64,000 bases of DNA from Clostridia bacterium. GTDB lineage: Bacteria; Bacillota; Clostridia; Christensenellales; UBA3700. The number at the start of each line of letters is the position of its first letter. Within the stretch, counting starts at the first letter, position 1. The translations under genes were made by a program, and so were the position numbers. Below, one piece after another: positions 25,798 to 35,480 of this stretch. The notes beneath the pieces are model-generated. The model searched no databases. It saw nothing but the letters and a program-made list of their open reading frames with translations, and was not told the origin of the DNA. The stretch is taken from assembly GCA_029060025.1 (NCBI GenBank), contig JAIDUV010000026.1, forward strand, positions 29,260-93,259. Reading direction: 5' to 3'.

Positions 25798-25995
25798 ATG
25801 AACATAGGCGAAGTCATCAAAGAATTGAGAATAGAAAGAGACTTATCTCAACAAAAACTTGCTGAGGCAATCGGCGTAAGCCAAAAAGCCATTGACTATT
25901 GGGAGCGTGGCATCAACGAACCCAAAGCCAGTTATATTGCTCGCCTTGCCGATTTTTTTGAAGTGTCCGCCGATTATCTCTTGGGAAGAGAGTAA
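25798..25995 (+). CDS. XRE-family helix-turn-helix transcriptional regulator (65 aa)
   Basis: IKELRIERDLSQQKLAEAIGVSQKAIDYWERG is a canonical HTH_3. No SD. TATAAT (25786-25791) ends 6 nt before the ATG, so the mRNA may be leaderless. Confidence 0.85.
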   Translation: MNIGEVIKELRIERDLSQQKLAEAIGVSQKAIDYWERGINEPKASYIARLADFFEVSADYLLGRE

Positions 25996-26009
25996 AGATA
26001 ATTTATAAA

Positions 26010-27164
26010 TCAAGTTTTCCTATACTCCGTCATCACATAATCCACTATATCGTAAGCAGCATTGGGATTTATTGCCCTATCTTCGTCAATATTGACAGGT
26101 TGAGACGGCGGCAATTGCTGAGAAAGCATACGCAAAGTACAATCGACTGCCCTGCGATATGATTTGCAATAAGTTGCAATACCCAGTTTGACAAAGTATC
26201 TTTGATTATAAGTCTCGCATCCGGGGATTGCTTTAAGCAAAATAAGTGGCGCCCCGCATATTGCAAATTCTGTACTTGACAATCCGCCAGGTTTAGTCAT
26301 TGCCACGTCAGCGCTTTTTATATATAAATTTATGTCCGGCGTAAAGGAAAGCACTTTAATTCTTTCGTCAGCGCCGAAATCCTTTTCTATTTTTTCTTTA
26401 AGACGAATATTTTTACCGACAAATACAAATATCATTAGACTGTCGTCTGTCTTGGCGCAAAGCCTTTTGCAAAGTTGTCTTATTTTACCGCATCCCGCAC
26501 CGCCCGCAGAGATCACGACTACTTTTTTATTTAAAGGTATTCCCAACTTTTCTCTGGCCTGCTCTTTAGATAGATTTGACAAAAATTTTGGATTTACCGG
26601 TATTCCTGATAATATAATTTTTTCGTAAGGTATCCCCTTTTTTACTAGCATATCTCTCGTCAACGTATTAGGAACAAAATACGCGTCAAGTTTAGACCCG
26701 CGATAAAAAGGAATTGCGGTATAATCGGTTATGACCCCATAACACAATAAGTCAGGCATAAACTTTTCTTTAATGGCAGTTGCCGTATGCATAGAAAACA
26801 AGTGCGTGCATATTACGCAATCAAAGTTTTTTTCTTTGATATAACGATAGACTTGTTGCGCATAACTTTGGTGATAAGATTTTATGGGAGAAGGCAATCG
26901 CATATTGTCATACGCTGCCCCCAAAACATAAGCCAGTCCAAATAATATTGGGGTGTTTCTGATTATCCAATTGTAACCGTCTACGATAAAACTGCGCGCA
27001 GGCTTGCCTTTAAACTCCACCGAGTCGACAATCTCACATTCTATGTTCTTTTGACGCAAAACTTCGGCAATTGCTCGTGCTGCGCTATTGTGACCTTCCC
27101 CTGTGGAAACTGATAATAAAAGTACCTTTCGAGGTCTGCAAAGCGAATTATTTTCAACAAACAT
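26010..27164 (-). CDS. diacylglycerol glycosyltransferase (MGDG-synthase / UgtP-like, GT28)
   Basis: KVLLLSVSTGEGHNSAARAIAEVL N-terminal MGDG_synth motif. C-terminal GT-B half: KPGGLSSTEFAICGAPLIL. Confidence 0.8.
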   Translation of the reverse strand: MFVENNSLCRPRKVLLLSVSTGEGHNSAARAIAEVLRQKNIECEIVDSVEFKGKPARSFIVDGYNWIIRNTPILFGLAYVLGAAYDNMRLPSPIKSYHQSYAQQVYRYIKEKNFDCVICTHLFSMHTATAIKEKFMPDLLCYGVITDYTAIPFYRGSKLDAYFVPNTLTRDMLVKKGIPYEKIILSGIPVNPKFLSNLSKEQAREKLGIPLNKKVVVISAGGAGCGKIRQLCKRLCAKTDDSLMIFVFVGKNIRLKEKIEKDFGADERIKVLSFTPDINLYIKSADVAMTKPGGLSSTEFAICGAPLILLKAIPGCETYNQRYFVKLGIATYCKSYRRAVDCTLRMLSQQLPPSQPVNIDEDRAINPNAAYDIVDYVMTEYRKT

Positions 27165-27318
27165 TATTTTACTCCATATTTAATTTTCTAGATTTTTTCA
27201 ATAATGTTTCACTTCACAGCCTTATGTGATATTCTAACATACGCGGCAATACCTGTCAATACCAATTTTTAAAAAGGAGGATATTTTAACAAAACTTGAC
27301 AATTATAAAATCGAATTT

Positions 27319-27346
27319 TAGATTTCTCGACTACTCTTAAAAGACA
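27319..27346. repeat. family B short hairpin module
   Basis: tagatttctcgactactcttaaaagaca shares agatttct..gaca with 20660-20687 and 44072-44100. Confidence 0.5.
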
Positions 27347-27434
27347 AAATGTAAATAATATTGATTTCTTATTTTATTATTATATATTTAAATATTATTT
27401 AGTTGGCAGTCTCGAAAGAATAACTTCCTCATTC

Positions 27435-27597
27435 GTTTGGCGAGAAGGGAGATAGGCAAAAACTAAAATAGCGGATTTTTTGTCAAGATAGTCTTTGACG
27501 AGCGTCGTCGTACTTGCCGTACGTCGGCGTGAGCCAAGGGCTATATTGGCGGAAAAGACGCATTTTAAATTTGCCTAGCCTCCCCTTCTCGCCAAAC
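27435..27597. repeat. family A fold-back repeat, copy 2 (163 nt)
   Basis: Perfect 15-bp outer stem gtttggcgagaaggg (27435-27449) / cccttctcgccaaac (27583-27597). The interior is collinear with copy 1. Confidence 0.8.
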
Positions 27598-27875
27598 ACA
27601 AAAAAGAAAGGACGATATCCTTACGAACATCGCCCTTCCTTTATATGATAAGGGGGAAAATTATGAGCTAATTTGTGTGTAAATCTTATTTACACTCATA
27701 ATATACTACTATAAAATAACTTTGTCAACCATTTTTCAAAAAAATTTTCAAAAATTTTTTTTATTATAAAAAACTCGCATTTTTTGGCTTAAATTTATCG
27801 TTAAATCAGAATTTTTTGTGTTTTATCACTATATGTCCATATTTTTTCACAAAATTTGAATAAATTTTATAAGGA

Positions 27876-27897
27876 AATACCGCCAACGAGCGGTATT
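27876..27897 (-). terminator. hairpin 33 nt downstream of the aminotransferase gene
   Basis: aataccgc (27876-27883) pairs with gcggtatt (27890-27897), loop caacga. T-rich on both sides. Confidence 0.55.
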
Positions 27898-27929
27898 TTC
27901 TTATACTTTTATACTAAAAATTTTTCTTT

Positions 27930-29117
27930 TTAATTTTTTCTATACTTTTTCACAAATTCTTCTATCTTATCCATTGCCTTTTTAAGACTTGCCAAGGAAT
28001 AAGCGTAGCTGATTCTTACAAAATCCTTACCGCTTTCGCCGAAAGCGCTTCCGGGGACTACGGCGACTTTATTTTCCTGCAAGAGCTTATTGGCAAACTC
28101 TTCTCCGTCCATACCCGTACTCTTTACGCAAGGGAACACGTAAAACGCGCCCTTTGGCTCAAAGCAAGTCAATCCCATTCCATTCAATCTCTTTACTAAG
28201 AAGCGTCTGCGCATATCGTACTCGTCTACCATTGCTTTGATTTCCGCAAAGCCGTCTTCAAATCCGCCCTTTAATGCGGACAGAGCGGCGTATTGAGAAT
28301 TTGTAGACGCGCACATGATTATGTATTGATGTATCTTAAGCATTTGCTTAAATATCTCGTTGGGAGCGCAAGCGTAACCTACTCTCCAGCCTGTCATAGC
28401 GAATGCCTTACTAAAGCCGTTGATAAGCACAGTGCGTTCTTTCATACCCTCAATCTCTGCAAAAGAAGTATGACGAGCTTCGCCATAGGTCATTTCGCAA
28501 TAAATCTCGTCGCTTAGCACCAATATATCGTGTTTCTTGACCACCTTTGCGATTTCCTCTAGGCTCTTTCTCGGCATAATCGCGCCTGTTGGATTGTTGG
28601 GGTACGGCAAAATAAGCGCCTTCGTCTTTGGCGTAATAGCATCTTCCAAATTTTTAGCGGTCAATCTAAACTCATCCTCGACGTAGCACTTTGCAGGCAC
28701 AGCCTTACCTCCGCACATAGCTACGCTTGGACAATAAGATACATAACTAGGCTCGGGCACAATTACTTCGTCGCCGTCGTTGAGTATAGCTCTCAATGCA
28801 AGATAAATAGCTTCGCTTGCTCCTACAGTGATAAATATCTCTTTCTCTGCCTCGTACTCCACGTCGAATCTGCTCTTGAGATACTTTGCTATCTGCTCGC
28901 GTAGCGCGGGAAGTCCGCTATTGCTGGTGTAATGCGTCATTCCCTTTTGAATACTCTTTATTCCTGCTTCGCTTGCGCACCAAGGCGTGTTAAAGTCTGG
29001 CTCGCCAACGCCCAAGGAGATTACTTCCTTGTCCTTGTCTGCCACGTCAAAAAACTTTCTTATACCCGACGGCGGAATTTCCATAACCGTCTTGCTCAAA
29101 TATTTTTCGTAATTCAT
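27930..29117 (-). CDS. class I/II PLP aminotransferase, AlaT(YugH)/AspB-like
   Basis: IPPSGIRKFFD..VISLGVGEPDFNTPW.., PLP-lysine region SKAFAMTGWRVGY. Preceded by an AsnC regulator with a 4-nt overlap, like B. subtilis alaR-alaT (from memory). Confidence 0.85.
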   Translation of the reverse strand: MNYEKYLSKTVMEIPPSGIRKFFDVADKDKEVISLGVGEPDFNTPWCASEAGIKSIQKGMTHYTSNSGLPALREQIAKYLKSRFDVEYEAEKEIFITVGASEAIYLALRAILNDGDEVIVPEPSYVSYCPSVAMCGGKAVPAKCYVEDEFRLTAKNLEDAITPKTKALILPYPNNPTGAIMPRKSLEEIAKVVKKHDILVLSDEIYCEMTYGEARHTSFAEIEGMKERTVLINGFSKAFAMTGWRVGYACAPNEIFKQMLKIHQYIIMCASTNSQYAALSALKGGFEDGFAEIKAMVDEYDMRRRFLVKRLNGMGLTCFEPKGAFYVFPCVKSTGMDGEEFANKLLQENKVAVVPGSAFGESGKDFVRISYAYSLASLKKAMDKIEEFVKKYRKN

Positions 29118-29605
29118 AGTATCACTTGTCTTTTTTGTTCGATGTCCTCGTCATCCAAGATTACGCCCTCAGTCTTATACTTCTTGAGTATAAAATGAGT
29201 TGCGGTAGAGATAATATCTCTCATAGTCGAAAGTTTTTCCGATACGAATCTCGAAACCTCTCTCAAATTCTTGCCCTCAACCGTAATGCACAAATCGTAC
29301 GCGCCACTCATAAGATATACCGCTTTGACTTCTTCAAATTGATATACATCGCGAGCTATGGCGTCGAAACCGCTACTCATCTGCGGAGTAACCTTAACTT
29401 CGATAAGCGCCGTCACTATATCTTCGCTTAGCTTTTCGGTATTGCAAAGCGCGGTGTATTTTGCTATTATTCCCGCGTCCTCCATATCCTTAATTCGCTT
29501 TTGCACGTCTTTTGCGCTAAGTCCTACGATATCGGCGACTTGCTCCGCCGTAAATCTACTGTCGTCTTTCAATACTTTTAGTATCTTGTTATCAAAATTA
29601 TCCAT
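29114..29605 (-). CDS. Lrp/AsnC family transcriptional regulator
   Basis: DNKILKVLKDDSRFTAEQVADIVGLSAKDVQKRIKDME HTH plus a C-terminal RAM domain. 163 aa. Confidence 0.9.
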   Translation of the reverse strand: MDNFDNKILKVLKDDSRFTAEQVADIVGLSAKDVQKRIKDMEDAGIIAKYTALCNTEKLSEDIVTALIEVKVTPQMSSGFDAIARDVYQFEEVKAVYLMSGAYDLCITVEGKNLREVSRFVSEKLSTMRDIISTATHFILKKYKTEGVILDDEDIEQKRQVIL

Positions 29606-29611
29606 TGTTAA

Positions 29612-31189
29612 TCACTCCATAAGTTCTAGATATTCTTCGTATGTAGTAAGTTTGTCAAAAGTCTTTGTGCCGTTGATTTCGATTATTCTATTGGCAACAG
29701 TCTGCATAAGTTCTTGGTCGTGCGAGGCAAACAACATTCCGCCCTTAAAATTTATCATTCCTTTATTGAGCGCCGTAATTGCTTCCAAATCGAGGTGATT
29801 GGTAGGCTCGTCGAGTATGACGAAGTTACCGCCTTGAAGCATAGCTCTCGCCATCATACATCTGACCTTTTCGCCTCCGCTAAGCACGCAAGCCTTTTTC
29901 TTGGCTTCGTCGCCCGAGAACAACATTCTTCCCAGCCAACCGCGCAAATAGCTCTCCGTGTGGTCTTTGACCGCGTATTGGTTAATCCATTCTACCAAAG
30001 ACAGTTCCACTCCGTCAAAGAAATTGTCAAAGTTTTGCGGAACGTAGCTCAAAGTGATGGTCTTGCCCCATTTGAAAGTACCCTTGTCGGCTTTCTCTAT
30101 ACCCATAAGTATGTCAAAAAGCATCGATACGTTAATGGACTTGTCGGAAAGAAACGCTACTTTTTCGCCTTTTTGGATAGTAAACGTTACGTCCTCAAAG
30201 TAACCTTTCTTTGTCAAGCCCTCGACAGTGAGTATGTCCTTGCCGAGTTCTTGCTCAAATTCAAAGTTGATATACGGATATTTACGCATTGACGGCTTGA
30301 TGTCCTCAAGCGTAAGTTTTTCAAGTTCTTTCTTTCTCGAAGTAGCCTGACGCGACTTGCTGGCATTGGCGGAAAACCTTGCGATAAATTCCTGTAATTC
30401 CTTGGCTCTCGCTTCCGCCTTTTTGTTGGCTTCTCTTGCCTGCTTAGCAAGCAACTGGTTGGTTTCGTACCAAAAATCATAGTTACCCACGTACATATTG
30501 ATATGTCCGTAGTCCACGTCGCAGATATGAGTACATACCTTGTTGAGGAAGTGACGGTTGTGAGATACGATAATTATCGTATTCTTGAAGTCAAGCAAGA
30601 AATTCTCCAGCCACATTATCGACTTCGCGTCAAGGTTGTTGGTAGGCTCGTCGAGTATGAGTATGTCGGGATTGCCGAAGAGCGCTTGCGCAAGCAATAT
30701 CTTCACCTTTTGCTTACCGTCGAGTTCTCCCATAAGTTTGTCATGATATTCCTCGCCAAACTTGAGTTCGTTGAGAAGCGACGATGCTTCGCTCTCTGCT
30801 TCCCATCCGCCAAGCTCGGCAAACTCTGTCTCCAGTTCCGACGCAAGTATTCCGTCCTCTTCGCTGAAATCCTCTTTGCAATACAACGCGTCTTTTTGGT
30901 CCATTATGTCCACTAAGCGCTTATGTCCCATAAGTACGGTGCGCATTACGGTACAATCGTCAAAGTCGTTTTGATTTTGGTTAAGTACGCTTATTCTTTG
31001 ATTTTTACCGACGCTGACAGTGCCTCTCGTAGGCTCTAACGCTCCCGACAAAATCTTCAAAAAAGTAGATTTACCCGCGCCGTTTGCGCCGATAATTCCA
31101 TAGCAGTTGTTGTCGGTAAACTTGAGGTTGACGTCCTCAAAGAGTTTTCTTCCGCCAAATTGCAAAAACACGTCGTTTACTTGTAACAT
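29612..31189 (-). CDS. ABC-F family ATPase (YbiT-like, no membrane domain)
   Basis: Two cassettes (GANGAGKST..LILDEPTNNLD and LSGGEKVR..VILDEPTNHLD) joined by a charged linker. The N-terminus MLQVNDVFLQFGGRKLFEDVNLKF parallels E. coli YbiT as I recall it. Confidence 0.88.
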   Translation of the reverse strand: MLQVNDVFLQFGGRKLFEDVNLKFTDNNCYGIIGANGAGKSTFLKILSGALEPTRGTVSVGKNQRISVLNQNQNDFDDCTVMRTVLMGHKRLVDIMDQKDALYCKEDFSEEDGILASELETEFAELGGWEAESEASSLLNELKFGEEYHDKLMGELDGKQKVKILLAQALFGNPDILILDEPTNNLDAKSIMWLENFLLDFKNTIIIVSHNRHFLNKVCTHICDVDYGHINMYVGNYDFWYETNQLLAKQAREANKKAEARAKELQEFIARFSANASKSRQATSRKKELEKLTLEDIKPSMRKYPYINFEFEQELGKDILTVEGLTKKGYFEDVTFTIQKGEKVAFLSDKSINVSMLFDILMGIEKADKGTFKWGKTITLSYVPQNFDNFFDGVELSLVEWINQYAVKDHTESYLRGWLGRMLFSGDEAKKKACVLSGGEKVRCMMARAMLQGGNFVILDEPTNHLDLEAITALNKGMINFKGGMLFASHDQELMQTVANRIIEINGTKTFDKLTTYEEYLELME

Positions 31190-31316
31190 TATCTCTCCTC
31201 ATTCGATTATATACATAAAATAAATCTACTTTTATATTTCGTCATTTTATGTATGTCCTCGAGTATTAATTATTCTATACTTATTCTAATACTTTCTGTA
31301 AATTATTTTTCGCTCC

Positions 31317-31841
31317 TTACGCTTGTGCGGGCACTGTTCCGCCAAGGTCTATTCTTGCTCCGTAGGCGTAAAGATAATAACTTGCTACTCTGTTATACTC
31401 CACTTCATACAGTAAATTAAATGTCTTACTCTCGCCCTTTTTGAGAGTGGTTTCGCCCTCACAAGCGATAACCTCTAATATTTCATCTCCGCTTGAAGTG
31501 TCGTAATGTCGATTTGCATTCGTAACGTTTTTACCGTCTTTGACTTCAAACTTCCCACTATCTACGGTAATCTTCTTATTTGCTTTTATCTCGACGGATA
31601 CCTGCAAAAAGCAATTCCCCTCCTCCGCAGTCAAGCCGTCTACGCTTTGCAATACTCTCATATCCTTGACGCATATATCAGCCTGCGAAGTCGATACGGT
31701 TTGACCAATCGCTCCCGTCTGCAGTTTACCGTCGTCATCACTCTTCTGCACAAAGTACACCACTAGAATAATTGCGACAACTACCGCTATGGTCACGGCA
31801 ATAAGTCCGATATTGCGTTTTGCCTTTAATCCGAGTTTCAT
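31317..31841 (-). CDS. membrane-anchored DUF4352-like protein
   Basis: N-terminal TM helix (IGLIAVTIAVVVAIILVVYFV), then a beta-rich domain (GNCFLQVSVEIKANKKITVDSGKFEV). The family call is tentative. The start overlaps the mtaD stop by 1 nt. Confidence 0.5.
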   Translation of the reverse strand: MKLGLKAKRNIGLIAVTIAVVVAIILVVYFVQKSDDDGKLQTGAIGQTVSTSQADICVKDMRVLQSVDGLTAEEGNCFLQVSVEIKANKKITVDSGKFEVKDGKNVTNANRHYDTSSGDEILEVIACEGETTLKKGESKTFNLLYEVEYNRVASYYLYAYGARIDLGGTVPAQA

Positions 31842-33118
31842 TATCTCTCCAAAATTCTATCGGTGATTTCTTGACATTTAGCGTATATTTTGTCCACGTC
31901 CTCGCCGACAAAGTACTCGCCCTTTTCGTATCTTATCACGCCGTTTACGACAGTCATCAATACGTTTGCCTTACTACCTGCGTACACAAGATTTTTGAGC
32001 GAATTGTTGAGAGGTTGCATATTGGGTTGGCGCATGTCTATCATAACGAAATCCGCGCTCTTGCCAAATTCAATAGTATCTAGACTGTCAAGTCCCATTG
32101 CTTTAGCGCCGTTTACAGTAGCCATCTTCAACACGGTTTCGCCGTCAATAGCCGTCGGGTCTGAAAGCGTTGCCTTTTGCAGTCCCGTCGCAAGGAACAT
32201 CTCTCTAAACATATCAAGACAGTTGTTGCTTGCAGGTCCGTCAGTGCCGAGAGCTACGTTAAGTCCGCTGTCAATAAGTTTTTTGAGCGGAGCGATTCCG
32301 CTTGCAAGTTTTAGATTGCTTGCAGGGCAACTCGTCACGCTTACTCCCTTATCTTTCAAAGCCTTTATATCGTCATCCGTAGGGTGTACGAAGTGATACG
32401 CTATACCGCCGAAGTCAAATAAGCCAAGCTGAGCAAGATATACCGCAGGAGTCTTACCGTGACGCTCGACACAGCCCTCGACTTCGCTCTTGGTTTCGCT
32501 TAGGTGAGTATATACCGGCATCTTGTTTGCTTTCGCAAACTCCGCCAAGGCTATTATACTCTCCTCGCTGTTGGTGTATTCCGCATGCAACCCGAGGCGA
32601 TAATTTATCAATTCTCCCATTCTGCCGAGAATATCTATATCTTTTTGCAAAAGTTTATCAAGACCTTGCAAGTTGTTGGCGGTCACACCCTCGAGTATTA
32701 CGTTGCGAAAACCGCTGTCCACGCACGCGCTAGCTATGCTCTCTAAGTGGAAGTACATATCGCTCGCCACGCTAATACCGCTCGATAAGTACTCGAGTAT
32801 TGCAAGTCTTGTCAGCCAATAGCAATCCTCAGGCGTAAGTTTTGCCTCTCTTGGAAAAACTTGTTTGAACAGCCAGTCGTTCAAAGCCATATCGTCGGCT
32901 TGAGAACGCAAAAATACCATTGGCGAATGGGTATGAGCATTCTTAAATGACGGAATAATTAAATTACCGCCCGCGTCTATTTCTCTGTCCCACGGCAACA
33001 AAATGAGCGGTGAAACTTCGCCGACGTAGCGTATTTTTCCGTCCTCCGTCCACATCTCGCCACCGTCGATATATCTCTCGCCGGTCCATATTCTTGCATT
33101 GTAAATTCTCAGCATCAT
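31841..33118 (-). CDS. mtaD: amidohydrolase, 5'-methylthioadenosine/S-adenosylhomocysteine deaminase-like
   Basis: 425 aa. Metal motif FKNAHTHSPMVFLRSQADD, ..LHAEY.., ..HFVH.., GTDGPASNN. Confidence 0.7.
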   Translation of the reverse strand: MMLRIYNARIWTGERYIDGGEMWTEDGKIRYVGEVSPLILLPWDREIDAGGNLIIPSFKNAHTHSPMVFLRSQADDMALNDWLFKQVFPREAKLTPEDCYWLTRLAILEYLSSGISVASDMYFHLESIASACVDSGFRNVILEGVTANNLQGLDKLLQKDIDILGRMGELINYRLGLHAEYTNSEESIIALAEFAKANKMPVYTHLSETKSEVEGCVERHGKTPAVYLAQLGLFDFGGIAYHFVHPTDDDIKALKDKGVSVTSCPASNLKLASGIAPLKKLIDSGLNVALGTDGPASNNCLDMFREMFLATGLQKATLSDPTAIDGETVLKMATVNGAKAMGLDSLDTIEFGKSADFVMIDMRQPNMQPLNNSLKNLVYAGSKANVLMTVVNGVIRYEKGEYFVGEDVDKIYAKCQEITDRILER

Positions 33119-33948
33119 CAGAGCTTTTCTCCCATTTTGCCTATACTCTCGAAAATCAAAGTTTTGATACTCTCGCCCGAAATTCTAAATGCGTCTTCTT
33201 CTACCACGTTGTCGAGGCTCTCGTCTGTAACTCCGCAAGCGGGATTTACTACGCACGTCAAGCCGACGACCTTTAGTCCCATATGCCTTGCCGAAATCAC
33301 TTCGATAGCGGTAGACATACCCACGACGTCCGCGCCGAGTATCTTTGCCATTTTGACTTCGCTTGCCGTCTCGAAGTTGGGACCTTGCATTTGAATATAC
33401 ACGCCCTTTTTGAGGTCTATATGATGCGTCTTCGCCACGTTATCGACGATAGCTCCGAGGTCGTCGTCGTATGCCTTAGTCATATCGGGAAATCTAACGC
33501 CGAGGTCGTCTATATTCTTGCCTCTTAAAGGTGAAGGTATCAATGATATATGGTCGGTAATTCGCATTAACGTACCTTTATCCGGATAGGTAATTCCACC
33601 CGATACGTTGGTGGCAAAGAACACCTTTGCGCCCATAAGCCCTATAAGTCGCACGGGCAATACGCACTGCTGTGGAGTATATCCCTCGTAATAGTGCAAT
33701 CTACCTTGCATTACCGCGACGGGAACACCGCTGATATACCCAAACAAAAATCTGCCTTTGTGGCCTTTAACAGTACTGACGGGCATTCCCTCGATATCTC
33801 CGTAATTTACGATTTTTTCCACTTGCATATTCTCAACGACGTCGCCCAGTCCGCTACCCAAAGTCAACAGAACTTTAGGGCTGAAGTCTACTTGAGATTT
33901 AAGCGAAATATACGCTCTATTGAGAATATCTTGCGTATTGTCGTTCAT
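33118..33948 (-). CDS. punA: purine nucleoside phosphorylase (PunA type, trimeric PNP/MTAP family)
   Basis: LGSGLG, VSTVKGHKGRFLFG, MQGRLHYYEGY, GPNFETASEVKMAKILGADVVGMST. Start set to ATG 33948 (MNDNTQ..), which overlaps the pyrE stop as TAATG. Confidence 0.85.
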   Translation of the reverse strand: MNDNTQDILNRAYISLKSQVDFSPKVLLTLGSGLGDVVENMQVEKIVNYGDIEGMPVSTVKGHKGRFLFGYISGVPVAVMQGRLHYYEGYTPQQCVLPVRLIGLMGAKVFFATNVSGGITYPDKGTLMRITDHISLIPSPLRGKNIDDLGVRFPDMTKAYDDDLGAIVDNVAKTHHIDLKKGVYIQMQGPNFETASEVKMAKILGADVVGMSTAIEVISARHMGLKVVGLTCVVNPACGVTDESLDNVVEEDAFRISGESIKTLIFESIGKMGEKL

Positions 33949-34532
33949 TATTTGAATACCACTCTGGAACCGGGTTTGGTAAGTTGGATTTTGCCCTCTT
34001 TGCAAAGCGGACATTCGTCTTCCTCGTAGGACACTACTTCCATACTTATGAGGTTGACGTATTTTACGCCAAAGTCAACGTTGCCGTTGCTTCTATCCAC
34101 AAGCGATGCGACAGCTACTACTTCCGCGCCCATGCTTTGCACGAGCTTAACTACTTCTTTAACGGAACCGCCTGTCGTAACGACATCCTCTACTACGACG
34201 ACTTTAGTTCCCTTTTCTATCGCAAAACCTCTTCTCAAAGTCATCTCGCCGTTTTCTCTCTCGGCAAAGATATTTGGTACGCCGAGCTGTCTTGCGACTT
34301 CGTATCCCATAAGTATTCCGCCGATTGCGGGAGATACGACGAGGTCAATCTTCTCACCTGCGAGTTTTTCCGCCAAAGCCTTACATACGATTTCGCTTTG
34401 CTTTGTGTCAATAAAAAGTTTTGCGCTTTGCATATATGTATCGCTGTGTCTGCCCGACGTAAGTTTGAAATGTCCTTTCAAAATTGCTCCCGTCTTTCTA
34501 TAGCAATCAAGCGCTTGTTCTTGTGTCAACAT
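33948..34532 (-). CDS. pyrE: orotate phosphoribosyltransferase
   Basis: 194 aa. PRPP-binding loop KVVVVEDVVTTGGS. FKLTSGRHSDTYMQ. Confidence 0.9.
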   Translation of the reverse strand: MLTQEQALDCYRKTGAILKGHFKLTSGRHSDTYMQSAKLFIDTKQSEIVCKALAEKLAGEKIDLVVSPAIGGILMGYEVARQLGVPNIFAERENGEMTLRRGFAIEKGTKVVVVEDVVTTGGSVKEVVKLVQSMGAEVVAVASLVDRSNGNVDFGVKYVNLISMEVVSYEEDECPLCKEGKIQLTKPGSRVVFK

Positions 34533-34565
34533 ATTCTTTACCTCTCTATTTTTATTAATTTTGTA

Positions 34566-35480
34566 TCACTTATTTAGTATCAGCGTTCCTACAAGGTCGT
34601 TGATATCCATATTGTTTTCTTCGACGTATGCCTCTAGGTCCTTTGCAATATCTCTTGCGCCGTAAGGATTGGTAAAATTATAAGTTCCTACCTCAACGGC
34701 TCTGGCTCCGCAAATCATAAATTCAAGTACGTCGGTATAACTTGTAATTCCGCCAAGTCCTATGATTGGAATCTTAACTGCATTAAAACAGTCCCACACC
34801 ATTTTGAGCGCAACAGGCTTTACGCAAGGTCCGCTCATACCGCCGTTGTTGTTGAAAAGTATTGGCTTGCGCGTCTTATAGTTGACAGCCATACCCGATA
34901 AGGTATTGATGAGCGAAATAGCGTCGGCTCCGCCTGCTTCCGCCGATTTTGCATTGTCGGCAATGCAAGCCACGTTGGGCGAAAGTTTGGTTATAACTGG
35001 CTTGTTCGGGCAAGCCTTCTTGACGGCTTTGGTCACTCTTTCCACGCTCTCCGGCAATACGCCGAAAGCCATACCGCCCTCTTTTACGTTGGGGCAAGAG
35101 ATGTTAAGTTCCACCATATCGGCGTTGCTTTCGTTGATTTTCTCTGCTATTGCTATATAGTCCTCAAGCGAACTTCCCGCAACGTTGGCAATTACCACGA
35201 CGTCGCGCTTTGCAAGATACAAATCGTCAGACTGCAAATACTTATCCACGCCGGGGTTTTGCAAACCCACGCTGTTGAGCATTCCCCCAAAGCTCTCGGC
35301 GATTCTGGGTGGCGGATTGCCAAGTTTAGGCTTAATGGTAAGTCCTTTTGTGCAGATACCGCCAAGTTCCTCTATATTATAAAACCTATCGTATTCTCTG
35401 CCGAAGCCGAAAGTTCCGCTTGCGGTGATAATAGGATTTTTGAATTCCACGCCTGCTATATTTACTTTCAAATTGCTCAT
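34566..35480 (-). CDS. pyrD: dihydroorotate dehydrogenase 1B, catalytic subunit
   Basis: FKNPIITASGTFGFG, NISCPNVKEGG, IIGLGGI. Overlaps pyrK by 4 nt. Confidence 0.9.
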   Translation of the reverse strand: MSNLKVNIAGVEFKNPIITASGTFGFGREYDRFYNIEELGGICTKGLTIKPKLGNPPPRIAESFGGMLNSVGLQNPGVDKYLQSDDLYLAKRDVVVIANVAGSSLEDYIAIAEKINESNADMVELNISCPNVKEGGMAFGVLPESVERVTKAVKKACPNKPVITKLSPNVACIADNAKSAEAGGADAISLINTLSGMAVNYKTRKPILFNNNGGMSGPCVKPVALKMVWDCFNAVKIPIIGLGGITSYTDVLEFMICGARAVEVGTYNFTNPYGARDIAKDLEAYVEENNMDINDLVGTLILNK

